64,000 bases of DNA from Candidatus Bathyarchaeota archaeon (GCA_963768425.1 CAVYHV010000009.1:64001-128000); one strand, 5' to 3'; shown: positions 39,247 through 49,387, counted from the stretch's first letter. Notes: generated by a model not told the origin, from the sequence alone. A program made the numbers and translations.

Positions 39247-39808
39247 ATGGAGACTCAATGCATGTTAAGTTCTGAAAAGTTGTTGGGAATAGTTAAAGAC
39301 GTCGTTTTGCCGGTTGATGTCCGCACTAGATATGATGTTTATTTTACTGACAAGCGTGTTGCGATTGTTTGCATGGGTAGGGCAGATCGTTTTGAATCCG
39401 AGACGTCGGAGCCGCTTTCCATTATGCCTTCAGTATTCGGAGTGCCTCCTCCCATGTCATCGTACGTGGAAAAGACCGAAGATAAGCGAATCGATTGATG
39501 AAAAAATAAAACACTTGTCTTTAGACGACATTTTAAAGCTCAGCAAGAAAAGCTGTTTCTACACTAACGATGAAGTCGAAAAGGTGAAATTGATTTGTGG
39601 ACACAGCCCAAAGTTCATAATCTTGAGCAAAGAATGCGAATCAAAGTTTTCTCCCGATGAGGAGCAGCTCAAGCAAATAACCGAAATATTGACGACGATA
39701 GAACCGTTGAGGAACAAGCTTTGGATCGCTGGCAAATGGAACAATCTTCTCGAAATGGGACTCATGAAGCCTTTCTGCAAATTCTACGAGAAAGAGGTCC
39801 CGAAATAA
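39247..39808 (+). CDS. hypothetical protein (frameshift near 39485)
   Basis: Two overlapping ORFs join into one plausible ~185-aa protein. Confidence 0.6.
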
Positions 39809-39838
39809 TTTGGCTATTCTTGATTGCTTGTTAACTGT

Positions 39839-39973
39839 TTATGCGAGACTTGCTTCATCGACTAGGTGAACTGTGCCGTCTGGGCAGAAAACTTGTTCTC
39901 CGAACGAGGCCCTGCGGTAACTTCTTATGCATGGCTCTTGCCGTCCACATCCATCGCAATCTTGCGAAACCAT
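39839..39973 (-). CDS. 44-aa small cysteine-rich protein (below ORF-track cutoff)
   Basis: MVSQDCDGCGRQEPCIRSYRRASFGEQVFCPDGTVHLVDEASLA*. Confidence 0.55.
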   Translation of the reverse strand: MVSQDCDGCGRQEPCIRSYRRASFGEQVFCPDGTVHLVDEASLA

Positions 39974-40112
39974 TTTCTTCATTCTGTCCCCTCTGCTTCA
40001 TAGTATATTATTGCATGATTGGATTTAAGGAGTTTTATACTTCAGGGCTTGGTTACACGGCGTAAGTCTTAAGTTGGACAAAGCTTTTGTGGCAGTGGGA
40101 AATTGAGCCTAA

Positions 40113-40409
40113 ATGAATCTTGCAAATTTAGCGTTAAGCATTGCCAGCATAATCAACTTTACAGCCCTACTGCTGATGCTGCGGGCGGTCATCAAAAATA
40201 GGAACGCGTTGCGGGGCTACAGTATCACTGGCTCATTCTTAACGTTCGTTTCGCTCGTTGGCTTCCAAATTGCCTACTACCTTCTAGATAATATTGTTGG
40301 GTTTATTTTGGGCTGGGTAAGCGTAGCCTTCTGGTTCATCGCTTTCATCTACACGTTGCGGCAACGGCTGAAAGGCAGCGAGCCCGAGAAAGAAATGGTT
40401 GAACCCTAA
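40113..40409 (+). CDS. small 3-TM membrane protein
   Basis: Three hydrophobic helices. Confidence 0.7.
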   Translation: MNLANLALSIASIINFTALLLMLRAVIKNRNALRGYSITGSFLTFVSLVGFQIAYYLLDNIVGFILGWVSVAFWFIAFIYTLRQRLKGSEPEKEMVEP

Positions 40410-40441
40410 AACGGCGGAAGCAAAGTCAAGAATTTTATGTC

Positions 40442-41356
40442 TCAACTTTTTTCGCAGTCGAAATATGGCTTCAAAGTTGACATGCGACCGAAAAAATCGA
40501 GTCTTACAGAGTAATTGAGAGTTCTTTCGTTTGGCTTTAGGGAGTAGCTTAAACCCGCCCATGAAAAACGATTCCTTGTCCTTTCCCAACCCCTAAACAA
40601 CGTCGTCCCATGAACCTTTTTTAGGCTAAAAGATAACGGTTCCTTGATGTTGACTAACAAGGCCCAGTCTGCAGCCACCTTATCCCACGCCCCGATTTCC
40701 CTACCAAACAATTTCAATCCGCTATCGTCAACGTATTTTTCGAAAACTGTGGAACCCTGCTCATTTAGAATCAAGATTTCATCGCAACCTGACAGAGATA
40801 AGTCTGCAAAGTCGACGCTTATGTCAATCAGGGTTGGCTTAATCGTGTAAGCAACAGTTATGGTGCCTCTATTTTTCACCTTTTGGAATTCAGTCTTTAT
40901 CTTCGCGATCTGGCGAAGTTCCATAACAGCGTTGAAAAAAGGCGAGAGATTCTTTTGGGTCAGGTATGGTTTTTCAAAAGTCTTTCTTAGCGAGGAATAA
41001 ACGCTATCGTCGATGTAAGATGCTCGCCAAAACTTCTTTCGGGCCACAGAGTCTAAAGCGTACTTTTTGAGTACCCTGCAAGCATAAGTGGTTTTTTCAA
41101 TCGATATTTCCGCTGAACTGGAAAAGTAGGTTTTGTCCTGGTACTTAACAACTGGAGCTCCGAAGCCGAGCCCTTCTTCAATTAACTCTTTACCATCAAG
41201 CGTTAGGACAAGGCCCTTTTGAAGGGGCGCTGTCTCCATGCAATGGGGGCAACAGTCTTTGTAAAGCCTTGCGGATAATCGGTCGGTAAGCTTAATGGTG
41301 ATTGGTTCATCTGAGATGACCGTTTCCATTTTCAGTTTGCTTGCAGGAAGACTCAA
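40442..41356 (-). CDS. conserved hypothetical protein
   Basis: Clean 304-aa ORF (EEGLGFGAPV, NEQGS, WAGLSY). Confidence 0.7.
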   Translation of the reverse strand: MSLPASKLKMETVISDEPITIKLTDRLSARLYKDCCPHCMETAPLQKGLVLTLDGKELIEEGLGFGAPVVKYQDKTYFSSSAEISIEKTTYACRVLKKYALDSVARKKFWRASYIDDSVYSSLRKTFEKPYLTQKNLSPFFNAVMELRQIAKIKTEFQKVKNRGTITVAYTIKPTLIDISVDFADLSLSGCDEILILNEQGSTVFEKYVDDSGLKLFGREIGAWDKVAADWALLVNIKEPLSFSLKKVHGTTLFRGWERTRNRFSWAGLSYSLKPNERTLNYSVRLDFFGRMSTLKPYFDCEKS

Positions 41357-41549
41357 GTTGGCATCCTTCTTATTTGCTTTTTACTAAGCTGGGGGGACTT
41401 GTCAGCCTTCAGCGGCTCCTGTGCTTTTTTGGTCGCCCTAAATACTTAATAACATAGTTACGTTAACATTTTATTGTCAAAGTTGCTTTGTTACAATCGA
41501 ACAATAGCTTAACTACTTTAAGGATTGGTAACTGGCGGAGTTAAAGATT

Positions 41550-42719
41550 TTGTTTTGGAATTACTTCTGGCTAATTTGGGTCCTGTCCTCCATCCTATTC
41601 ATCAGGTTCTACTTTTACTTGATAAAACAGCATTCTAAATTAGTTGCGAAACCGCCAAGAGATAGATTTGGAACGCCGAAAATAATTTTTCAAGTGACCA
41701 CCAAAGGAAATATCGGAATAGTCCAGAACACAATTGATCGGGTGAATAACGTTTGTGCAGATATTGAGTACAAAAAATATGAATTGTGGGTGGTTACCGA
41801 CGCACAGGAAAATTTTGAAGGATGTAGAACCATCGTAGTTCCACCGAGTTACAGCTGCAATGCAATCCATAAAGGCAGGGCACTTCAATACGCGGTCGAA
41901 GTTCGAAGAAAAGAAAACAAATGCGACAAAGACACCTTCATTTTTCACCTTGACGATGAAAGCCTAATCACGAAACAAACATTATGCAGCCTACTCTGTT
42001 ACTTAGAAGACAATCCTAAACCGATAAGCGAAGGTCTAATAATTTATCCAGTACAGGAAAAAGAAGAAATCAAAATATCCAACCTTATGGATACGCTCCG
42101 ACCCTTCTGCTGTTACGAATGCTTAGCGTTGATGAGTGGTGGAAACCCAGCATACATCCACGGCTCAAACCTTTTGGTGAGAAGCGACGTTGAAGATGAA
42201 GTCGGTTGGAAAAATGGGAAAACCATAGCTGAAGACACACTGTTCGCAATCAATGCCCGATTGAAGTTTGGAAAGGACGCATTTGGTTGGCATGGCGGAG
42301 TTGTTGAAGAGAAAAGCCCTCTGAACCTAAAAGACTTGATCAAGCAACGACGAAGATGGTTTTACGGCTTTATTATGAATATGAAATTTTTTGAAAGAAG
42401 GGAGAAAATCAGGCAAACAGGAAGAGCACTAATTTGGACATCTGGGTTGTTTTCAGGAATTGCGTCAATCTTCGCCTTTTTCATCTATCAAGACATATAT
42501 TGGCCCTTGAGGGTCTTCTTTACAATAACAAGCCTAATGTGGCTGTCTTCCTACCAAATCGGCGCTTATGTAAACGGAAAATATCTTCCAACAAAAAGGA
42601 GAATAAGCTACCACCTCTTAGCCCTATTATCTTCAATAGTAATAGGCTTACTTGAATGTCTCACGCCAGTAATCGCTATCCTAAAAAAGCCTAAAACGTT
42701 TGAAGTAATCCAAAAATAA
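41550..42719 (+). CDS. GT2 glycosyltransferase, egghead/beta-1,4-mannosyltransferase-like
   Basis: KGRALQY, HLDDES, IAED, EKSP...QRRRW, with N- and C-terminal TM helices. Confidence 0.85.
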   Translation: MFWNYFWLIWVLSSILFIRFYFYLIKQHSKLVAKPPRDRFGTPKIIFQVTTKGNIGIVQNTIDRVNNVCADIEYKKYELWVVTDAQENFEGCRTIVVPPSYSCNAIHKGRALQYAVEVRRKENKCDKDTFIFHLDDESLITKQTLCSLLCYLEDNPKPISEGLIIYPVQEKEEIKISNLMDTLRPFCCYECLALMSGGNPAYIHGSNLLVRSDVEDEVGWKNGKTIAEDTLFAINARLKFGKDAFGWHGGVVEEKSPLNLKDLIKQRRRWFYGFIMNMKFFERREKIRQTGRALIWTSGLFSGIASIFAFFIYQDIYWPLRVFFTITSLMWLSSYQIGAYVNGKYLPTKRRISYHLLALLSSIVIGLLECLTPVIAILKKPKTFEVIQK

Positions 42720-43988
42720 TCACACTGTTTCGTTTATTTGCATCTTAAACTTCTTTACCAAAAGGATTTTGATAGCTAACATCCAAGCAAAAAACTGCCA
42801 TGCCACCACAGTCAAAAAGCGTGCAATCAGTCTCCAATCCCTGACGTTATGTTCAATTTGAATCGCTGTTGCGACGAGGGATTGAGGGGAAACAAGGTAG
42901 AAAAGCTGAAAAAAATTAGTGGTAAAGATCATGAATACTAACGTGATTACCCATAAGAAGTGGAAGTTGCGGAAATTAATCTTGGTGAACGGCAAAGCTA
43001 GAAGAGCTAGCGCGATTACAACGTTGACGTAGGGTTCGGAGAGCCAGGAATATGTTAGAAAAAAAATAAGCATTATACCGATTGCTTTCTGGGTTAATTC
43101 ATTGAATGTTTTAGGCGGATCACGATAAACGGCGTAGTAGCCCAATATCAAGGCGGGGATCCAAATGTAGCCTAATAACTCAAGTCCTGTCGGAATTGTG
43201 ACGGTGTCCCTGAAAAGTTCCACCAAGCTGAAAGGCGTCATACCGCCCGCTCTTGTGAAATACGAGGCTAGCTGGGTGCCTGAAGAAGGCATAGTCCAGC
43301 TGAGAGAGACGAAGGGTAGAATCCACAAAGCCACAATTACCGCTGCTGAAATCAGAATGTATACCGCTGTTTTGCGCCAACTTTGTTTTGAGATAAAGAG
43401 AATAGGAAGACCGATGAGAGGGAGCGAAATGGGTTTCAAAACTGCGCTTAACGCAAACAGAATTGCGCTTCCTTTAGTCTTGCCGTTGCTTAAAAGATAC
43501 ATCGAGGAAATGCACAAAAGTGCTATAAGCGAGTCGAATTGTCCCCAGGCTGCTGTTGTAAGCAGTAAGAAAGGGTTGAATAGTAGGAAAACCCACGCGA
43601 ACTTGATTTTTCTTTCGGATGCACCTTTCCTTCTAAGCAAGTTTTTGGTAAGATAAGCTAATCCAAAGTTGGCGGCGATAACTGGAATTTTCGTTGCAAA
43701 ATTGTAAAGAAAAATGTTTGGCACGATGCCGTAGGATAATCTGTAGATGGCGCCTAAGAGTAAAGGCCACAGTGGTGGATCTCCAATGATCGGGTTTACT
43801 CCAACTAAATAGGGAGAAAAAACTGTGACTAAGTGAGATTGATATGGGTTCAAACCGGCGCTGACCAGGTACCCTGTGTCCATGAAAGTTGTTTGGTCGT
43901 AGGCGTGCCCTAGGAAAATCGCTAAGGATACTTGGACCGCAATGCTCACCAGCACAGTTAAAACATCACGGCTAACGTGAAGATTCAC
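42720..43988 (-). CDS. GT-C fold membrane glycosyltransferase (GT87/PIG-M-like)
   Basis: HAYD, DPPLW, LFNP...AWGQFDSL, LK motifs in a multi-TM protein. Confidence 0.8.
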   Translation of the reverse strand: MNLHVSRDVLTVLVSIAVQVSLAIFLGHAYDQTTFMDTGYLVSAGLNPYQSHLVTVFSPYLVGVNPIIGDPPLWPLLLGAIYRLSYGIVPNIFLYNFATKIPVIAANFGLAYLTKNLLRRKGASERKIKFAWVFLLFNPFLLLTTAAWGQFDSLIALLCISSMYLLSNGKTKGSAILFALSAVLKPISLPLIGLPILFISKQSWRKTAVYILISAAVIVALWILPFVSLSWTMPSSGTQLASYFTRAGGMTPFSLVELFRDTVTIPTGLELLGYIWIPALILGYYAVYRDPPKTFNELTQKAIGIMLIFFLTYSWLSEPYVNVVIALALLALPFTKINFRNFHFLWVITLVFMIFTTNFFQLFYLVSPQSLVATAIQIEHNVRDWRLIARFLTVVAWQFFAWMLAIKILLVKKFKMQINETV

Positions 43989-44329
43989 GATAAAATCTTC
44001 CTGTAACGGCTTTCAACGACAAGGCTTGTTGCTCAATAGAAAAGTAATCAAGTAAGCATATTTAAAACTAAATCCTGAGCGAAAAGCCATGCTATTAAAA
44101 ACGCTGCCCGAACCAAGTGGGGTTGACAGAGCATACTCCGAAAAGAAGTCATTTTAAGGGAAGGAAAAAATGTTTTAGCATTTTTAGGTGGCTTACATAA
44201 TTTTGTGGTTGCATATTAAGAACAACTTAATGCAAAGTGCCCTGTTCAAGATGTTGTTCGGGGCTGTTTTGTGGGGTTGATTAGAAATAGTCTTAAAGTG
44301 GTCTTGCCGATAGTATCTTCGAAGTTTAT

Positions 44330-45514
44330 ATGCCGACTAATCTGCCGCCTGAAGCAATGGACAAATGGGAGCTAGTTGAAGCTGCTCATTCGCCTAAAGA
44401 AAAAATGGATGCCATGATTGAGTTCCTAAAGTATGTTCCACATCACAAGGGCACCATGAAACTTCGTGGCGAAATGAATAGGAAAATTTCTCTTATTCGC
44501 GCTGATTTGGACAAGAAGAAACGGATGGGCACGGGTAAAAGTAGCGGCGGGCCGAAGCTTTTTGTTGAAAAGGAAGGTTCAGCGCAGATTGCGCTAATCG
44601 GCATGACCAACGTGGGTAAGAGCTGTCTTATGAGTGCCACAACAAATTCCAAAGTGGTTGTTACCCCCACGCCTTTTAGCACACATGAACCAGTGCCGGG
44701 CATTATGAATTTTTTGGATGTTCAGTTCCAAATTGTTGAAGCCCCAGCAGTGATGGAGGGTAGTGCAGGCGGGCGTGCAGCCGGTCATGTTACGCTTGGC
44801 TTAGCGCGGAATGCTGACGGCGTGATCTTGATGATTGATTTATCCCGAGATCCAATTGAGCAATTGGATCTTGTTTTAGCTGAATTGGAGAAAAGCCGCG
44901 TTCTCGTAAGTAAGCCTAGTGGCAGGGTGGATATTGACCGTCGCCATGCTGGTGCCGCTTTGAGGGTGATTCTTGTTGGCAAACTTCTGGATTGCAGCAT
45001 GCAGGATGTTGAGGATTTACTTCGCAGCTACAAATTAACCGATGCTATTGTGAGAATCAGCGGTGAGGTGCGGCTTGACGACGTAGAAGATGCCATTTTT
45101 GAGACTACAATATATAAGCCAGCGGTTATAGTTGCGAACAAACTGGATTTGAAGGGCTCTGCGGCGAATCTTCGGCTTCTGAAGAGTTACGTGAACGGGC
45201 GTTTACCTGTTATCCCTATGTCATGTGAACAGAAGACAGGCATAACTGAGTTAGGACAAGCGCTTCTGGAAAGCTTAAAGATAATCCGCATTTACACTAA
45301 AGAACCAGGTTCCAAGGAGGATACAGGTCACCCGTTTGTCATGAGACATGGCGCAACAATCAACGATTTAGCAAAGAATATTCACAAGGAATTTGTGCAG
45401 AACTTCTTGTTTGCTATGGTATGGGCTAAACGGTTGCCTTTCAGCCCCAAAAAGGTCGGCTTAGGCTTCGTACTGGAAGATGGCGACATCGTAGAAATTC
45501 ACGCAAAAATTTAG
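44330..45514 (+). CDS. DRG/OBG-family GTPase with TGS domain
   Basis: MPTNLPPEA, HKGT, GMTNVGKS, NKLD, IRIYTK, LEDGDIVEIH. Confidence 0.92.
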   Translation: MPTNLPPEAMDKWELVEAAHSPKEKMDAMIEFLKYVPHHKGTMKLRGEMNRKISLIRADLDKKKRMGTGKSSGGPKLFVEKEGSAQIALIGMTNVGKSCLMSATTNSKVVVTPTPFSTHEPVPGIMNFLDVQFQIVEAPAVMEGSAGGRAAGHVTLGLARNADGVILMIDLSRDPIEQLDLVLAELEKSRVLVSKPSGRVDIDRRHAGAALRVILVGKLLDCSMQDVEDLLRSYKLTDAIVRISGEVRLDDVEDAIFETTIYKPAVIVANKLDLKGSAANLRLLKSYVNGRLPVIPMSCEQKTGITELGQALLESLKIIRIYTKEPGSKEDTGHPFVMRHGATINDLAKNIHKEFVQNFLFAMVWAKRLPFSPKKVGLGFVLEDGDIVEIHAKI

Positions 45515-45593
45515 GTTAGAAACTGAAACAAGAGTTTTCCCGCAGCTTACGCCTTGTGCCTCTTTGGGCTTAAGGATAATCTTGAAAAGAGGA

Positions 45594-46583
45594 CTAAGGC
45601 GGAGGCGGTGGTGGAGGAGGCGGCGGAGGAAGTGGAGCCCCTGATTGATCATTCTTTCTCGTATTTCTAAGCAGCATCAAAGCGACGAGGGCAACGACAA
45701 TTATTACTGCTGCAGCCACAGCACCATACATCCATAAAGAGTTTATTTGAGTAGAGTGGTCCTTTGTGGAAGATGAGGAAGTCGAGGTCGGAGTAGGTGT
45801 TGGCGTGACTTGGGCTATAGGTGTCGGTGTAACCGAAGGTCCAGAATATTGTGAGGATTCAACCAGCATTGAGTAGTTTGTTATTTTGCTTGTTAAAGCG
45901 GCTGTGTTGTCTGCAGGTGTGGCTGTGACTGAGACGCCGTTGCCCGGCGTGAGAGAGCCCGATGGGTCCAGGTAGTCTGTGTAGTTGATGGCAACGACTG
46001 TTCCGGAGGCGTCGTAGAACGTTGTCACAGCCCAGACGTCCCCGACTGTTTGGCTGCCTGCGTTTGTGATGGTTCCTGTAACAGTGTATGTGCCGCTGGC
46101 GACGTAGTGATTCAAGTTGCTTGTCGTTAAATCTGAGTAGGCTGTTTGGTTTGTAGTTAATTGCGCGCCCACATATAGTGTAACGTTTGTGACGGATGAC
46201 GCCCAGTTCGACGCCAATATTGTGTCCGTAATACCGCTATACTCAGGGTTAAAGTCCATGTAGAATGGGGCTTTCTGGCCTGAAGCAAGCGACTGCGCAT
46301 AAACTGAAGCGGTGGCCGTGCACAAAGCGCTCCCTGTCGAATTGTAGGCGGCGCCTTCGATAGATATAATGCCCAAGGTAGTGGTGCCTGTGTTTTGGAC
46401 TTCACCGACAGCGATCACGTCTCCTGCCCAAGCTGCAGGATCTTGAGTTTGAGAGATGTACCAGCTGTAGCTGACGAGTGTTGCGTGCCCAGTTTCCTGC
46501 GCCTTCGCATGAGGCGTTGATACTGCGGCGAATGCGCCAGTGACCAAGATGAATAGAACTAACGCTAACAATATTTTCTTCAA
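45594..46583 (-). CDS. secreted FxLYD-like domain protein with TM anchor and C-terminal polyproline tail
   Basis: Signal peptide, two GEVQN/GTITN...FYD repeats, PT linker, TM helix, terminal P11. Confidence 0.8.
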   Translation of the reverse strand: MKKILLALVLFILVTGAFAAVSTPHAKAQETGHATLVSYSWYISQTQDPAAWAGDVIAVGEVQNTGTTTLGIISIEGAAYNSTGSALCTATASVYAQSLASGQKAPFYMDFNPEYSGITDTILASNWASSVTNVTLYVGAQLTTNQTAYSDLTTSNLNHYVASGTYTVTGTITNAGSQTVGDVWAVTTFYDASGTVVAINYTDYLDPSGSLTPGNGVSVTATPADNTAALTSKITNYSMLVESSQYSGPSVTPTPIAQVTPTPTPTSTSSSSTKDHSTQINSLWMYGAVAAAVIIVVALVALMLLRNTRKNDQSGAPLPPPPPPPPPPP

Positions 46584-46790
46584 TCTATCCCACTCAACCG
46601 AAATGATTCCTTGGAACCATTCTTCTCCAATACAGTTATTAAACTTTTTCAAAATTTAACCCAAATTCTACCCCTTTCTTATGAAGGAACAAACTCACAT
46701 TCCAGAGATTCAGACCCCATTTTACACTTGTTTCCGGTTACTGTAACTATACCCTTTCTATCGAGAAAGCGAGGAACCATAGCTGAAATT

Positions 46791-46905
46791 GTCAAATTGT
46801 GTCAAATTATGTCATTCTGCGTCAATTCGTGTCAAATAATGTCAAAAAATGTCTCAACCTGCAGCCGATCCAAGTTCTGTTTCAAAAAAACAGCTAAAAG
46901 CAACC
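46791..46905 (+). repeat. dispersed phased-repeat element, copy F
   Basis: GTC at 46791, 46801 ... 46851 (seven units, exact period), then TCAACCTGCAGCCGATCCAAG...AAAAAAACAGC. Confidence 0.85.
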
Positions 46906-47031
46906 TGTTTAAAATTGCCAACACAACAACTAGTTCTATCAAATACACTTACTAGCAAAATATCAAAAACTAAACACACCAAAATACCTATGAATAGAAC
47001 AAAGAAAGAACAAAAAATGGAGTATATTGTT

Positions 47032-47622
47032 TTATCTGCTTGATTGTGCAACGCGTTCGATTTCGTTGCGTTTTGCTACGCCAGCGCTCTTTATGTCTTT
47101 GTTTGCCGCCAGTATCAGTTCGTCTGCGAGTCCTTCTTGGATGCTGCGTGGGCTGTTTGCGCTTGCTAAGCGTGCGCCTTCGGCTATATGTCTGATCGCG
47201 AGGTCTATGCGGCGCTGCGGTGCAACGTCAACTGACAGGTGGTAAACAACTCCACCGTAGCTTACTCGTGTGGTGTCTTCGCAGGGTGAAGCGTTTTCAA
47301 CTGCTTTAACTAGAACTTCTATCGGATTTCTGCCAGTACGTGTGTTGATGATTTCGAAGGCTTCTTTAACTATGTTGGTTACCTTGGCTTTTTTGCCTGA
47401 GTTCTTTCCTGGTCGCATCATGTTGTTGATTAAGCGTTCGACGATGTTTACTTTGGCTTTGCGGAATCTTTGGTGCTCGTGGCGTCCCATGCTGTGTGGG
47501 GCAACCATCGGGGTCAAGTTTAGGTATCGCTGCAGGCCGATGTCTACGACCTTAATGTCTTTGAAGCTCCATTTCTGGAAAAGCATGATTTCTTGAGATT
47601 GAGCTACACTTGTTTGTGCCAT
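47032..47622 (-). CDS. rps7: 30S ribosomal protein uS7
   Basis: PHSMGRH, IVERLIN, AVENASPCEDTTR, VDVAPQRR. Confidence 0.97.
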   Translation of the reverse strand: MAQTSVAQSQEIMLFQKWSFKDIKVVDIGLQRYLNLTPMVAPHSMGRHEHQRFRKAKVNIVERLINNMMRPGKNSGKKAKVTNIVKEAFEIINTRTGRNPIEVLVKAVENASPCEDTTRVSYGGVVYHLSVDVAPQRRIDLAIRHIAEGARLASANSPRSIQEGLADELILAANKDIKSAGVAKRNEIERVAQSSR

Positions 47623-47627
47623 ATAAA

Positions 47628-48068
47628 TTACCTTGCTGGCTTCTGTTTGCGTCCGTAGACGAGTTCGTTGAGACTTACGCCGTTAACCATAACGACCTTC
47701 CAGCGGACACCAGGAATGTCTCCCATCGCGCCGCCTCTTGTTCCCCCGATGCCTTCAACAACGACTTCGTCGTGTTCATCGACAACGTTTAGGGCGCCGT
47801 CTCCAGGTAAGAACGCGGTGATGGTTCTGCCGTTCTTGATTAGTTGGGTGCGGACGCATTTGCGTATAGCGCTGTTCGGCTGTTTTGATTCAACACCGAC
47901 TTTCTCCAGAACAATGCCCCTCGCTTGGGGTGCGCCCTGCATCGGATCAACTTTCTCGTCGAGCATAAGCATGCGACGGTTAAAATAACGATCGTGCCAA
48001 CGGAAATTCTTCCGTTTAGCTGCTAGCTGCCTTGCGGCGAATTCGCCTCTTGGTGACTTGGAACCCAT
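47628..48068 (-). CDS. rps12: 30S ribosomal protein uS12
   Basis: [18 protein letters not shown]. Start ATG 48068 (MGSKSPRG). Confidence 0.97.
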   Translation of the reverse strand: MGSKSPRGEFAARQLAAKRKNFRWHDRYFNRRMLMLDEKVDPMQGAPQARGIVLEKVGVESKQPNSAIRKCVRTQLIKNGRTITAFLPGDGALNVVDEHDEVVVEGIGGTRGGAMGDIPGVRWKVVMVNGVSLNELVYGRKQKPAR

Positions 48069-48339
48069 ACTTTTAATATTCCTTCTTTTTGCACATGCAT
48101 AGTCAAAGTTCCAATATATAAACAAAACGAACCAAATTCGCCAAGTTAGGAAGTAAGTTTGGGTTATCTACAAAAAACCAAAGGTGAGAACTGAATACCG
48201 CTCAACGATTTGAAATCTAATCTGCTCACAAACCAAATTTAACCTTAAACCTGAATAACTGCACGTCTTTCTAATTCTTCATTTTTGCTAGAGCTCACGT
48301 CATAGATAAATATCTAAACGTTCTCAATATTAATTTGGA

Positions 48340-49317
48340 ATGCAAGTTCTAAAGCAGCATAAAAGAATGGTTTTGGTTGGGTTATTGTTAGTGACGGTGC
48401 TGGTTGTTTCTCTGCTTATTGTTCAGAACTCTTACAAGCCTTCTCCGTCAACCACTCCTTCACCGGAACCAACGTTAAGTTCACCAACGCTCACTGTAAC
48501 AACATCGCCTTCGCAATCCGTTACGCCTTCACCGTCAGAAATAGCTACGACTTCTTCATCGCCCACGTTCTACCTTTACCCAGGAGAAGTTACCCAATAT
48601 CAGAGTCAAAACTTAACGCCGGTTTCGGCTTTTCTCAGCGAATTGGCTCAACATCCAGATGTCTCCATCATGGGAACGCAGGAATTAGACGAATCAACTT
48701 ATCGCCTAACAGTCACTGGGCTTGTAAACAACCCTGTTGAGTACACGTACAACGATGTAGTTAATGACTTCACTTCTTACCAAAATGTTGCAACGCTTCT
48801 TTGCGTGGAAGGCTGGAGTGCCACTTGCCTTTGGCAAGGAGTCCCAGTGAGCGACCTCATTAATGAGGCAGGGGTTAGCCCAAATGCGACAACTTTAATC
48901 TTTGTAGCGTCCGACGGATACACCACATCGTTTCCCTTGAACTACGTCCTGCAAAGCAACATGACTTTAGCCTACAAAATGAACAACGTAACCCTGCCTC
49001 CCGCCGCAGGATGGCCGTTTATGCTTGTACCTCAAAACCAATATGGATACAAATGGATAAGATGGGTAACCCAAATCGACGTTTCAAATGACTCAAGCTA
49101 CCTTGGATACTGGGAAAGCAGGGGGTACCCGAACAACGCCACAGTCGACAACCCCGGCGTGATGCCCGCGAGTGCATTTGCAGCAGCTGAGATAATTGGA
49201 TTCGTCGTCGTCATCGTGGTTTTGGTTGTGGCTTCTTACATGATTTTGGTCAGGTTTAGAAGAAGGTATTCCAGTCGGGAAGAAGGCGAGCATGAAATCT
49301 CTTCCGGAAATATGTGA
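48340..49317 (+). CDS. membrane-anchored molybdopterin-dependent oxidoreductase (sulfite oxidase/MsrP family)
   Basis: LTVTGLV, CVEGWS, WQGV, DGYTTS, GWP, YGYKW, GYWESRGY. Confidence 0.88.
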   Translation: MQVLKQHKRMVLVGLLLVTVLVVSLLIVQNSYKPSPSTTPSPEPTLSSPTLTVTTSPSQSVTPSPSEIATTSSSPTFYLYPGEVTQYQSQNLTPVSAFLSELAQHPDVSIMGTQELDESTYRLTVTGLVNNPVEYTYNDVVNDFTSYQNVATLLCVEGWSATCLWQGVPVSDLINEAGVSPNATTLIFVASDGYTTSFPLNYVLQSNMTLAYKMNNVTLPPAAGWPFMLVPQNQYGYKWIRWVTQIDVSNDSSYLGYWESRGYPNNATVDNPGVMPASAFAAAEIIGFVVVIVVLVVASYMILVRFRRRYSSREEGEHEISSGNM

Positions 49318-49387
49318 AAGAACGCCTTCTTCTTTAAAGCCTATAAACTACATCCGCAAGTAGTTATTTAGAGGCAGGTTCTCTATT

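Noticed and set aside
44130-44290. Possible degenerate repeat-family copy upstream of the DRG GTPase
   Set aside because: No clear 10-bp ladder or core match.
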